A DNA stretch of 64,000 nucleotides from a virus (taxonomy: Duplodnaviria; Caudoviricetes): IMG/VR virus record IMGVR_UViG_2061766007_000586, positions 128,001 through 192,000 of that record; one strand, given 5' to 3'. A program made the translations under genes and the position numbers. Below the pieces are notes generated by a model, which saw nothing but the letters and a program-made list of their open reading frames with translations, had not been told where the DNA came from and ran no database searches. Positions 29,374 through 39,322 of this stretch are shown piece after piece; positions within the stretch are counted from its first letter, which is position 1; each line of letters begins with the position of its first letter.

Positions 29374-29895
29374 ATGAGTATTTATTCTAAAGAAAATTTC
29401 GCTGGTAATGCAGCATCTACAGCAAACAGTAATTTTGATGTTTCTGATAGCATCTCTTCTTCTGTTGCTATGTCTTTAATTGAAGGTTATATCGCATTTC
29501 AAGCAAGTAATGGTTCATTAAAGAGTGTTACACAGACATTAGATTTTGTTAGTAACTTTACAAAAGATATGATTGATAATGGTGATCTTACACTTGCTCA
29601 GTGTGAGCATATCAAGAATTGGGTAAAAGGTCACTCTGCTATGTTTACTGATCGTGAACCGAATTTCAAGAACAAATTAGTATTGAAGGTTCTTGACAAT
29701 TGTAATATCACTTGTTCTTCTGAAGAGGATTCTACTGCTCTTAAGAATTACTTAAATCGTAAAGCTGAATTTGATCGTCTTACCTGTGAGACAATGAATG
29801 CATTAGGACCTTCAATTAAAAATGCTATTTCTCAGTTTACACAGCGTTATGGAAAATCAATGGATGATAGTTACTTAAAACAATGGGAGAGTTAA
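29374..29895 (+). CDS. Putative head protein
   Basis: 173 aa; SKE and SEE sites; in the head-paralog operon. Confidence 0.55.
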   Translation: MSIYSKENFAGNAASTANSNFDVSDSISSSVAMSLIEGYIAFQASNGSLKSVTQTLDFVSNFTKDMIDNGDLTLAQCEHIKNWVKGHSAMFTDREPNFKNKLVLKVLDNCNITCSSEEDSTALKNYLNRKAEFDRLTCETMNALGPSIKNAISQFTQRYGKSMDDSYLKQWES

Positions 29896-29896
29896 T

Positions 29897-30577
29897 ATGG
29901 GTCTTTCCTTAGGTTTTAAATTAGAACAGCCTGAAAATATGATTTCTAATAATGTATATATCAAGGCTGTGCTTGATTTATCAGAAGCAGCAAATTATGT
30001 TGAAGAATACGCAAGATATAAAACACTCGAAAATCAATGTGAGATAGCTGAATCACAAGAATGTATTGAATTTGCAAAGGAGATACTTTCTAGTATGGAA
30101 GCAGAAGGACAGAAATTTTCTAGTGGACAATTTGATAGAACTGTAAAAAAAGCTGCTGATTCGGCTAAAGTCGTTTTAAATGGATTAAAGCAAAAAATCA
30201 AAAACGCTATCGCAAATATGCCACAGGAAAAGAAAGCACGATTGAGAATTAAAGTTCCTGCTACATTTGCAAGAATCAGTCATAATAAAAGCTGGCATGG
30301 TATTACAGCTTTATTGAAACGAAAAATTGCTCCGAACTTAACAGAAGTCAGTACTGTATCAGACATAAATACTGCCGTTGATGAAGTATGCAAAAGAATG
30401 GAAATAGCATTAGACAGTATCAATGGTACTTATAGTACTGGTTATCGTGTCGATGGTGTAATTCGTGCAGGATATATGCATGATCCTGCATCTAGTAGTC
30501 AAGAATTTCACGAAATTCTCGGAAACTTTAATCATTTCTGTTCAGAACTAAAAGTTATTTTAGCTCAAGTCTCCTAA
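29897..30577 (+). CDS. Putative internal head protein
   Basis: MGLSLGF; SQECIEFAKEIL; SME site. Confidence 0.6.
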   Translation: MGLSLGFKLEQPENMISNNVYIKAVLDLSEAANYVEEYARYKTLENQCEIAESQECIEFAKEILSSMEAEGQKFSSGQFDRTVKKAADSAKVVLNGLKQKIKNAIANMPQEKKARLRIKVPATFARISHNKSWHGITALLKRKIAPNLTEVSTVSDINTAVDEVCKRMEIALDSINGTYSTGYRVDGVIRAGYMHDPASSSQEFHEILGNFNHFCSELKVILAQVS

Positions 30578-30636
30578 TAAATAAGTCATGATATACTAAT
30601 TACCTATAATCTTAACAAATTCAACATGAGGTTATT

Positions 30637-31269
30637 ATGATGAACTTTGGTACTATTAATCAGAAAACTGAAGATCCTGTATTCGCCCTTCTCAATGAAG
30701 TTTTCACAGATGATCTTCTTATCGCCATGCAGGATACTCAGATTCAATATATGAATATTGATCATGGTTATCAAGATGCTTACAATGCACTCGAGATCGC
30801 ACGTATGGCAAAGGCAACTGCTTCTCAGGAATGCATGACATTCGCAAGAGAACTGGTTGGAACACATGTGAGATCAGTTGATATCACTTCTTCACTTGAG
30901 GCACTTGATGCAGAATCTAAGGGTGCTGGTGAAAAGTTTGGTGCACAGATGGATGCTCTCATGGCTCAGTGTGATCGTGCTCTTGCTGAGATCAAAAAGA
31001 GACAGATTGATGTAACAGCAAAGCCGTACGTTTGGGCATTTGTAGCTGATGCAAACTTTAATGACCTTGCTGGACTTTCTAAGGCTGTTCTTGGAAATGG
31101 CACTAAGAGAGTCCAACTTCCTATGGTTCAGATGCTGCAGAAAATTAAAGCATTTGCTGGAAAAGCAAAAGCAATTATCGGTACTTCAAAAGGACCGGAA
31201 GTAGCTAAAGTTGCAGCTGCAATCTTAGCAAAAGTTAATAAGAAACTTGTCTTAGGCATTTCGAAGTAA
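30637..31269 (+). CDS. Putative internal head protein
   Basis: MNFG; SQECMTFARELV; SLE site. Confidence 0.6.
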   Translation: MMNFGTINQKTEDPVFALLNEVFTDDLLIAMQDTQIQYMNIDHGYQDAYNALEIARMAKATASQECMTFARELVGTHVRSVDITSSLEALDAESKGAGEKFGAQMDALMAQCDRALAEIKKRQIDVTAKPYVWAFVADANFNDLAGLSKAVLGNGTKRVQLPMVQMLQKIKAFAGKAKAIIGTSKGPEVAKVAAAILAKVNKKLVLGISK

Positions 31270-31275
31270 CATTAT

Positions 31276-31302
31276 ACCACAGGTGGCATTGCCACCTGTG
31301 GT
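31276..31302 (+). terminator. Intrinsic terminator
   Basis: ACCACAGGTGGC/GCCACCTGTGGT plus T-run. Confidence 0.8.
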
Positions 31303-31353
31303 TTTAATTATTTTTTGTTCGTCATTTCTATACATAAATATAGGAGAGGTAAT

Positions 31354-32133
31354 ATGGACGATCTTACAGCTAAAGAGTTTATGACAATTTCAAAAGCAAT
31401 TTTCTATCAGTTATTTAATAGAAAATTAAGCTTTGTTGTTTTCTCAGGAGATGAATCAAAATCAAATGAATGGTTGTTTACTAATGTAGGTTATGAAACA
31501 ATCTTAATGTATGATTCTAATCCTGATTATTTTTATTCATATGTCATAATCAAGAACAAAGCATATCTAGATAAGTTCTATGAATATTTTCCAGTATTAA
31601 AATCAACTGCATGTTTAATACGTGTTGTTGATATGTTGTCCACTTTATCAAAGTTAGATGATATTAGTAAATGTTCTGTTCAAAGACGACATAATGAGAT
31701 TGTAATGGTATATACCGATAATGATGAAGAAGTAATAAAACCAATTGGTGTTCATTTAATGGACATTGATGTTGATATGTATCAGACATTATGGAGATCA
31801 GGTTTAATAACTTCTGAACATTCTTATTCTAAAGAATATACCTATATGGAAATTGCAGAAGTAGATGGACGGACTATTTTACATGTTTCTGATTCGGATG
31901 GATCAGATGAGCATCTTCCTAGAAGAGCAACTGTTGTAGTTCAATATGGGTTTATGCTTCCTAGTTTATCTATGTTCTTAAAGAATATGTCAGATCAAAA
32001 TCAGTCATTTACAGTTTGTGCAGGCTATGATAAAGATAGTGTAATTGTAAATGCAAGATATGATACAGATTTATTATCTTGTATCACAACACAGCCTGCA
32101 CAACGTTGGTTTGTAAATAAATCGAAATCATAA
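31354..32133 (+). CDS. Hypothetical protein
   Basis: Start MDDLTAK after SD AGGAGAGGT. Confidence 0.7.
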   Translation: MDDLTAKEFMTISKAIFYQLFNRKLSFVVFSGDESKSNEWLFTNVGYETILMYDSNPDYFYSYVIIKNKAYLDKFYEYFPVLKSTACLIRVVDMLSTLSKLDDISKCSVQRRHNEIVMVYTDNDEEVIKPIGVHLMDIDVDMYQTLWRSGLITSEHSYSKEYTYMEIAEVDGRTILHVSDSDGSDEHLPRRATVVVQYGFMLPSLSMFLKNMSDQNQSFTVCAGYDKDSVIVNARYDTDLLSCITTQPAQRWFVNKSKS

Positions 32134-32139
32134 TCAAAT

Positions 32140-33852
32140 ATGAAAGGAACTGCTATGGCAGAGAAAAAATTAAAGTCCGATATTAAGAAGACTACAAAGT
32201 CTTGGGACGAATCAATTGCAAAAGCAAAACAAGAAGCTGAGCAAACAAAAGCTCAAGTAGATCAAACTGAACAAGATGTAGAAGCATCGATGAAGCGTCT
32301 TGAAGCAAAACAGGCAGAACAGAAAAAACCTGAAGCTAAGCCGGAAGATAATGATACGTTTAAATCTTATTTCAGTGAAGAAGCTGGTATGAAGACAATT
32401 GAAAATCCTCCTTACCAGCCTTCTGAAAAAGAATTAGAGCGTGAAAAGAGATGTGCTGCTGATAAATCAAATGATGCATCAAATTACATCCATGAAATTC
32501 TTGGTGCAGATGATGCAGTCAGAAAAGCAACTGAGTTCATTGAGAAAGAACGTACTAATCTTAGTGGTATGACACGTGAACAGATTGCTGAGAATCCAGA
32601 AGTACAAAAACTGTACGAGTGGTCTTCTCAGTTACGTGGTGCTCTTGAAGATAATGAGATGTTTGGTCAGCAAAAGCATCTTCTTCTCAGTATGATTGAT
32701 GCTCTGAATCGTCATGATGTTTATCTGAAAGAACTCGATGAGAAGTTAAATATCTCTAAGGTTACAATGAAGCTTGATGGTAAACCGAAACTGTACAAAG
32801 GTGAAGATGCTGTTCAGCTGATTAATAATCGTTATCGTGGTATTTACAAGGTACATCTTCACAACTCTGGTTTCTGGATCAAGATTGTTCCTCTTAGTCC
32901 ATCTAATATGGATGCATGGATGCAGGAAGTTGACTTTAATTACAAACAGATTGGCCGTTTAATCGGTGGTCACTTCTATCTTGGTCTTGGTGTTTATCTG
33001 AAAGATAAGTTAGCAGATCTTCTTAGACTTACTGTTACTGATTCTAATCTTCAGAACTGGAAAGACGGATCCACTCTTGTTGATTCTATTTCTCTTCAGG
33101 ATTATGAAACAATCTGTTGGGCTTATGCTACTGCTATGCATCGTGATGGTATTCAGATTTCTACCGTGTGTACAAATCCTGAATGTCAAACCACAAATAA
33201 GCAGCAGTATGTTGATCTTGCTCGTTGCTCTTTTATTAATCCAGCTGTCTATTCAAAAGAAGCAATTACCTTTATGCTAGAGGGTAGTGCACCTGGAGTA
33301 ATTAGAACAAAGGAAGCACTACAAAACTATCGTACTAAGCTTCTTAAAAACGTTAGATTAATTAACTTTAACAAAACTGACCAGTTAGAATTAAGAGATC
33401 CTTCTCTGGGTCATTACATCAGAACTGGTATGAAAGTTATGGGTGAATTAATCGCCGCTGTCAATGGTGGTGGTGGAGATAAGAAGCCTTCTATTGATGA
33501 TGATAAGTCGAGACGTGAAACAGCCAATCGTCTTTCCACTATGCTGTCTCCTTGGGTGGCAAGAGTGATTTGTAAAGATGAAGCTGGTAATGTTCAAGCT
33601 ATTATTGAAGATCAACAGGCTATTTCTGATCTTCTTGAAACAGTTATTTCAGATCAAGATGATTTTGTTGCCCAGATTGAGCAGTTCATTACTGAGAGTA
33701 AGGTTTCGTTCTATGGATTCATTAATGCTAAGTGCCCGAAGTGTGGTAAGCAGATGGATCTTTTAAAAGAAAATATTGCTCCTCTTGATATGGAATACGT
33801 ACTTTTTTGTCTGTCCTATCTGAAGTTGGAACAGATAGGCAGGAACGCATAA
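32140..33852 (+). CDS. Putative baseplate-hub/tail assembly chaperone-like zinc protein
   Basis: 570 aa; CTNPEC and CPKC zinc pairs with C-terminal architecture reminiscent of T4 gp26-like proteins; N-terminal coiled coil. Confidence 0.45.
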   Translation: MKGTAMAEKKLKSDIKKTTKSWDESIAKAKQEAEQTKAQVDQTEQDVEASMKRLEAKQAEQKKPEAKPEDNDTFKSYFSEEAGMKTIENPPYQPSEKELEREKRCAADKSNDASNYIHEILGADDAVRKATEFIEKERTNLSGMTREQIAENPEVQKLYEWSSQLRGALEDNEMFGQQKHLLLSMIDALNRHDVYLKELDEKLNISKVTMKLDGKPKLYKGEDAVQLINNRYRGIYKVHLHNSGFWIKIVPLSPSNMDAWMQEVDFNYKQIGRLIGGHFYLGLGVYLKDKLADLLRLTVTDSNLQNWKDGSTLVDSISLQDYETICWAYATAMHRDGIQISTVCTNPECQTTNKQQYVDLARCSFINPAVYSKEAITFMLEGSAPGVIRTKEALQNYRTKLLKNVRLINFNKTDQLELRDPSLGHYIRTGMKVMGELIAAVNGGGGDKKPSIDDDKSRRETANRLSTMLSPWVARVICKDEAGNVQAIIEDQQAISDLLETVISDQDDFVAQIEQFITESKVSFYGFINAKCPKCGKQMDLLKENIAPLDMEYVLFCLSYLKLEQIGRNA

Positions 33853-34223
33853 ATTTAATTAATAAGTACATTCGTGAATTCGAAATGTATGGAGCGGATG
33901 CTATCTCTCAGGTTCCAGCAGAAAATCGTAATGTCAAGTTAAATCTTGTTACAGAGACATTTTTTGATGGTGATAAACCTTCTCACAATGTCAATGATTT
34001 TTCACATTATGGGAGACCAGATCCGCTCCAGTATCCTACAATTGATCGTATCATGAATATTTTGAAGATTCCTGAATCTCGTGAAATCTTTGGTTTAACA
34101 TTTAGAGATTTGATTGAGCTAGATGGAAGTACATTAGAGTATATCAATAATGCTGTACTTGAATTGTATAAACAAAGACAAGACATGATGCAGAAGGAAG
34201 AAGCAAAACATCGTGATATATAA
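33807..34223 (+). CDS. Small protein in the -1 frame, possible frameshift extension of 32140
   Basis: Begins at a TTTTTTG run with no clear SD; GLTFRDLIELD segment. Confidence 0.55.
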   Translation: MSVLSEVGTDRQERINLINKYIREFEMYGADAISQVPAENRNVKLNLVTETFFDGDKPSHNVNDFSHYGRPDPLQYPTIDRIMNILKIPESREIFGLTFRDLIELDGSTLEYINNAVLELYKQRQDMMQKEEAKHRDI

Positions 34224-34234
34224 CGGAGATTTAA

Positions 34235-36028
34235 ATGGAAAAACAAAACACCAAACCTAAATTGGAACACAATGTAATTGCAGGAGAAGAATTTAAGGAA
34301 GCAGTTGATGTAGTATTAACTGATTTACTTAATGTTCTTGCAGATCATTGTGGTCCTTATAAAGGAACAGCGATTTTAACAAATCCTGAAAATCCTTTAG
34401 CTGAACCCGTCTTTACTAAAGATGGTATTAATATTGTAGATAGTATTCGTTACAAGAATCCTGTCTATGATTTTATTCGCCAACAGATTGCTTATATGGG
34501 ATCTCGTGTAGATCGTGGAGCTGGTGATGGTACTACAAGTACTATGATTCTTATGGCTGCTATGATTCGTTATCTCTTCACTGTTAAAGAGGTTGCAGAT
34601 TATTCAGCTGCTGAATTGATTAGTACTTGGAATGAATTAGTTGATAGGATTGCTGCTCATTATAAACCTTACATTGATCGTGTTAAGAAGATCAATGATA
34701 GAAAACTGATTCGTTACATTGCTGGTTGTCAAGCATACACATCTTCTCATGGTGATCTTGAATTAGTTAAATGTATTGAAGAATTATTTGCTAGTTCACC
34801 TAAAGAAGTTTGGGATACTTTAACTGCTCAGCGTGCTGTGTATGAATCTGAGAAGAAATACAATCTTATCGTGAATAATGCAGAGTACACGTTAGATAAT
34901 GTTAGTATCTTCCCACGTACAGGTAATCAAGAATTTGGTACTCGTCATAGATACGATAACATTGACTGCTTGCTTTGGTATCACCTTAACCTTGGTGATG
35001 ATACACAGAAACCTCTGATTGATTTTATTGATGAGCGAATTAAGTCAACAGATGCTGAACCATTAGCCGTCATGTGCTGTAATGATTTAGACAATGTTAC
35101 AATGTCGCATTTCTACAATCTGTTTGCAGAGCATAAGAATTGTAAAGTTGTATTCATTACAGTTCCATTTGCTGATATGTCTGTTAATGATATTCAAGCA
35201 CTTGAAGCTATGCTTGTTGAAACTAAGAAAATCATTAATGCAAGAGAACGTTTAGAAACAAATCATTTAACTGATACTGTTAAACTTACGCTTGAATGCA
35301 AAAATGATAAGTGCAGAATTATTTCTGGTATTTTCAATAAGAGATTTACAGGAATCAATCCTCTTTATAAGAAAAAAGAATATCCTGGGTATAATAAATT
35401 TATCGAGAATATCAAGATTATTTTGAAGAAGGAAAAAGAAGATATTACGAGAAAGAACAATAAGCAGATTATTGCTTTTACTCGTATTCTTCATAAGCTT
35501 ATTTCTACGAAGGATGTTTCTTTTATCATTGGTGGCGCTGCATATGACAATGCGGCAGGTAGAGATGTTGCTATGGATTCTCTTCTTGCTACCAAGTGCT
35601 CATTAACACAGGGTTTTGTTGCAGGTCGTTTTGTAACATTAAATCATGTAATTGATGCAATAATGACATATACATTTACTATGGATGATAAAAAGAAACA
35701 ACAGTTATTTACTATCTTCCTTCATGCATTGATGGTTGGTATCAACAAGGTAAACGAATCACTTGGTGTCCTTGATAGAAAAGGAGTACTTCATGGTGAT
35801 TCTCCTGTTGATATTACACGCCTTAATGATCCATCCTATGCAATTCCAGCTGATCTTGAAACTGCTTTGAAAGAAAGAAAAGATTACTGTATTATTCAAC
35901 CTGCTATGACTGATATCACATTCCTCAAGAGATTTGGTGAATTAGGATTGAAGTTCTTGACAGCTAACAGTACAATCGCAGCTGGTCGTCAATGGGATAT
36001 TGAACATAAGGAAGACAGATATGGCTGA
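34235..36028 (+). CDS. GroEL-like phage chaperonin
   Basis: CGPYKG, FTKDGINI, GAGDGTTST ATP-binding motifs; G-F-V-A-G near the C-terminus. Confidence 0.85.
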   Translation: MEKQNTKPKLEHNVIAGEEFKEAVDVVLTDLLNVLADHCGPYKGTAILTNPENPLAEPVFTKDGINIVDSIRYKNPVYDFIRQQIAYMGSRVDRGAGDGTTSTMILMAAMIRYLFTVKEVADYSAAELISTWNELVDRIAAHYKPYIDRVKKINDRKLIRYIAGCQAYTSSHGDLELVKCIEELFASSPKEVWDTLTAQRAVYESEKKYNLIVNNAEYTLDNVSIFPRTGNQEFGTRHRYDNIDCLLWYHLNLGDDTQKPLIDFIDERIKSTDAEPLAVMCCNDLDNVTMSHFYNLFAEHKNCKVVFITVPFADMSVNDIQALEAMLVETKKIINARERLETNHLTDTVKLTLECKNDKCRIISGIFNKRFTGINPLYKKKEYPGYNKFIENIKIILKKEKEDITRKNNKQIIAFTRILHKLISTKDVSFIIGGAAYDNAAGRDVAMDSLLATKCSLTQGFVAGRFVTLNHVIDAIMTYTFTMDDKKKQQLFTIFLHALMVGINKVNESLGVLDRKGVLHGDSPVDITRLNDPSYAIPADLETALKERKDYCIIQPAMTDITFLKRFGELGLKFLTANSTIAAGRQWDIEHKEDRYG

Positions 36029-36452
36029 TGTAACTGATGTAGTTGGTAAAGATTCAGTAAAGACTGTACAGACAGGTGATCGAATTAGTTTTTATGTATA
36101 CGACTCATCTGTAGAGATTACAGGAACTGTTCAGGCAGTTGCTAATTATGCAATTGCTAGATCAATGAATACTGATCTTGCTGCAAAACATGCAAAGATT
36201 CAATCAATTATTGCTGCAACTGGTGAAGTTCCAAATGAAGTAACAGATGAAACATTCTTCATTTTGGATACTGGTGGAACAAGACCTACGGTTGTTGCTA
36301 TGAGTTGGATTGTGAATGGAGTTGTTGAACATGTAGTTCAAGGATCGAATTACACAATCAAACTTATTAATTGTACTAAAGCAAAAGCTGAACTTGCTCT
36401 TGATATTTTACGTAGAGCAAATATTGCTTGTAGTTTAAGTATGCAGTATTAA
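36021..36452 (+). CDS. Hypothetical protein (SH3-like beta barrel likely)
   Basis: Start MADVTD overlapping the chaperonin stop; GDRISFYVY..ITGTV. Confidence 0.65.
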   Translation: MADVTDVVGKDSVKTVQTGDRISFYVYDSSVEITGTVQAVANYAIARSMNTDLAAKHAKIQSIIAATGEVPNEVTDETFFILDTGGTRPTVVAMSWIVNGVVEHVVQGSNYTIKLINCTKAKAELALDILRRANIACSLSMQY

Positions 36453-36455
36453 AGT

Positions 36456-36487
36456 TAGAACACCTGAGCATATGCTCAGGTGTTCTA
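36456..36487. terminator. Bidirectional terminator
   Basis: TAGAACACCTGAGCA/TGCTCAGGTGTTCTA. Confidence 0.8.
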
Positions 36488-36490
36488 TAT

Positions 36491-37390
36491 TTACTTTATT
36501 TCATTAAAATAAGCAGCATGATAATTCTGCATTGTAAGAACAGAGTTCTTAATAGCCATCACAATTTGTGATATGAAGTGAATAGATTTTACTGCATCTT
36601 CATATCCATATTTTTGGATGCGTTTTGAAATTCCATATTTAATAGAAGATAAATCTTTGAGATGTTGATTTAATACAACATGATTCACTCTATCACTCAT
36701 TTCATTGATTTGGTTCACCTCTATTTCAGCACTTTCATTAGACTGATAAGTTGGTGACGGTAAATCGATAGAGGTATAGTCGTGTTCATGAATTTCTACA
36801 TGTCCTAACACCATGCTTAATTCATTATCTTCCATAAACTTATCATGAAGTTGCTGATAAGATAAATCTTCACAACCTAACTTACAAATACTTGTAAGAA
36901 TTTCATTGTAAGTAGTTGTTAAATTATCTATCGCATGATAATTATAAACAACTGTTTTACTATCAGGAATTTCATCCAAGGTTTTGTATTGCTTTTTGTT
37001 ATTTAGATCAGCAATACTACACTCCAGCATATTAAGTAATTCACGATTCAGATAGTCAGATGTTTTTGTATTAACTGTATGAATTTGGTTCACCAGATAT
37101 GTTGGACGATCATCGTCATTTAGCGTAGCATAGGTTTCTATGCTCTGACGAAGTATATCATCAGTCAAGCAAGATTCTTTTAAATTGATTGCACAATCAT
37201 CACAAAAAGAAATAGCTTTTCGAGTACCTTCAATCTTTTTGATGTATCCTTCTAAAGAACTATAACGTTTCAGTTCACGTGCAGAATGTAAAAGATCACT
37301 ACATTGTTCTTGAAGATGTAATTGATCTTCTTGAACCTCTGTATTGAAATGCATAGCCTGATTTAATAAATCAATGGTTGATTGTTTCAT
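36491..37390 (-). CDS. Putative head protein
   Basis: 299 aa; SLE, SIE sites in a helical N-terminus. Confidence 0.55.
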   Translation of the reverse strand: MKQSTIDLLNQAMHFNTEVQEDQLHLQEQCSDLLHSARELKRYSSLEGYIKKIEGTRKAISFCDDCAINLKESCLTDDILRQSIETYATLNDDDRPTYLVNQIHTVNTKTSDYLNRELLNMLECSIADLNNKKQYKTLDEIPDSKTVVYNYHAIDNLTTTYNEILTSICKLGCEDLSYQQLHDKFMEDNELSMVLGHVEIHEHDYTSIDLPSPTYQSNESAEIEVNQINEMSDRVNHVVLNQHLKDLSSIKYGISKRIQKYGYEDAVKSIHFISQIVMAIKNSVLTMQNYHAAYFNEIK

Positions 37391-38963
37391 TGTTTTGACT
37401 TTCTGCTTTTTGTTTTAATCCGTAAGACAGAGCATAGAGTTGGTTATGCATTAATTGTCTTACTTGTTTCCAAAGACGTTCATATTCTTCTTGGAATCTA
37501 CCGGAAATTAACATAGCGTATGGAGTAGTAATAATGTATTCAAAACTATTACGAATAGCTTTGTTTGCTTTTTCCCATCTACGTTCGAATTCATTATTTT
37601 CTACAAGATCTTTTACAATCTTGAATGCCTCATAGTAAGCATTTAGTTGTTCAGGATCAACATTATTGGATTTAAATGCTTTAATAATATCCATTAAGGC
37701 ATTCATTTCACGTTGATATTGATCTGGGTGAACATAGTCTTCGGCATAGCCTTTAAATAAACTATATGCCATCCATGGAAGTAAGCGGAAGAAGAAGTCA
37801 ACTTTACTACCACTCTTAAATCCTTTACTACCTATGTATCTAAACCATTTCGCCATCTTACTTTCAGCTACAGCGTGATAATGAGTAAATCCCATTTTGG
37901 ATACATATTCATCAGCACATTCTTCCCAGTAATATCCACCAGCACTTAGTTCGCTGAAGAAGTCTGAAGTCTTTCCATCTTTTTCATATGATCTAGCGTG
38001 TTCTTTAAATCCACAGAACATAGGACGTAAAGCTTCTCCAATAACACGAAGTCCAATATATGGAATCACCCACATTGTTTTCCAAATCATAGACAGGAAA
38101 GATCCGATCACATCACCCATATCGTTCTTTTTAGAACCAGAGCAATTTTTAAGAATTTCTTTTGTTTTCTCATTAAATCGTTTTGCTTGTTGCGGGAATG
38201 CTTTTGCAATTGCTGCAGCTTTAATCTGATTCTGAGATTGCTTCGAGAAATTCTCTGTTGCTTTCTTAGCTCCATCATAAAGAATTTGTTTTTTATAACA
38301 AAGATCTTGTGCATGAAGAATAAAGCTAATCACATGTCCACATTCATGGCAAATAATAGAAGCCAGTTCTTCTGCTGTTAAGTTAGGAAATCCACTACCT
38401 AATAATTCAGGAATAAAGAAAGAACCATAAGGACATAACCAGAGTTCAAATTCTAATCCGTGTTTCTCGAATAAGCCAGCTCTCATGGCTGCTTTATCTA
38501 ATACAATGGATTTAGATAATTTAACAAGTTCTTCTTGTGTTTTAATATCAGCATAGTTTTGAGCCCATTTTTCATAAATAGCAGCAGGAACTTGTCCACA
38601 TGCTCTAGCTTCAATAGCCCAGGTAATAGGAAGTCTTCCTTCCTTTAAACGACCAGTTACAAGATCATATTCACCAAGATGGAATACTGCTCCCCAGTTT
38701 AACTCAGGACGTTTTTCAAGTTTAATAACTGCATTAAGACCTGTGTATTTTTTAATTACTTGGGCTAAATCTTTAGCATATTTAGTTTTGAATTTTTCAA
38801 TAACAAATTTAACGAGCTTTGAGCCACGCATTTTCTTTTTTGACTCATCTCGAAAATCTATTACGTCTTGAAAAACTTTTGTAAGTTCTGTACCAAGATT
38901 CGGTGGACTTTGGAAGTGAATCTCATACAGTTCTTCTTGAGAGTGTATTAAATTCGGAGACAT
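37371..38963 (-). CDS. Virion protein with HExxH zinc-peptidase-like motif (phiKZ gp86-like)
   Basis: SQE near the N-terminus; SIICHECGH, EECADEY, YVHP. Confidence 0.6.
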   Translation of the reverse strand: MSPNLIHSQEELYEIHFQSPPNLGTELTKVFQDVIDFRDESKKKMRGSKLVKFVIEKFKTKYAKDLAQVIKKYTGLNAVIKLEKRPELNWGAVFHLGEYDLVTGRLKEGRLPITWAIEARACGQVPAAIYEKWAQNYADIKTQEELVKLSKSIVLDKAAMRAGLFEKHGLEFELWLCPYGSFFIPELLGSGFPNLTAEELASIICHECGHVISFILHAQDLCYKKQILYDGAKKATENFSKQSQNQIKAAAIAKAFPQQAKRFNEKTKEILKNCSGSKKNDMGDVIGSFLSMIWKTMWVIPYIGLRVIGEALRPMFCGFKEHARSYEKDGKTSDFFSELSAGGYYWEECADEYVSKMGFTHYHAVAESKMAKWFRYIGSKGFKSGSKVDFFFRLLPWMAYSLFKGYAEDYVHPDQYQREMNALMDIIKAFKSNNVDPEQLNAYYEAFKIVKDLVENNEFERRWEKANKAIRNSFEYIITTPYAMLISGRFQEEYERLWKQVRQLMHNQLYALSYGLKQKAESQNNETINH

Positions 38964-39020
38964 AATACTTATCCTTTATTACAATATATATGTAAATTGC
39001 ATAGGATGAACCCAAAAAAG

Positions 39021-39048
39021 AAGGAGATCTATATTTCAAGATCTCCTT
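39021..39048 (-). terminator. Intrinsic terminator
   Basis: AAGGAGATCT/AGATCTCCTT plus T-run on the minus strand. Confidence 0.75.
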
Positions 39049-39141
39049 AGGCTTTGATTACTAACGAGACAACATGTCAGATATAAAGTTGTTGTTATTC
39101 AAAGCTCCTTCTTTCTTGGTTGTTTTGTTTTGAAATTAAAA

Positions 39142-39243
39142 TCAAATCAATGCTAGAAGCATGACTTTTGATGCAGGCGTTAGCACTGCAATGTGCGCAC
39201 ACTTCACATAACCAAGAAATACCATTGTTACAAGTGGACTCAT
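39142..39243 (-). CDS. 33-aa hydrophobic peptide
   Basis: Very strong SD AAAGGAGGTGA; MSPLVTMVFLGYVKCAHIAVLTPASKVMLLALI; own promoter and terminator. Confidence 0.55.
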   Translation of the reverse strand: MSPLVTMVFLGYVKCAHIAVLTPASKVMLLALI

Positions 39244-39285
39244 ATCGTTCACCTCCTTTCAGTTTGGTATTTCTTTTCTATTTAA

Positions 39286-39295
39286 GGAATATATA
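39286..39295 (-). promoter_or_regulatory. Phage early-type promoter (TATATATTCC)
   Basis: TATATATNNC match. Confidence 0.55.
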
Positions 39296-39322
39296 TTTTA
39301 GATAAATTGAACAGCATAAAGG

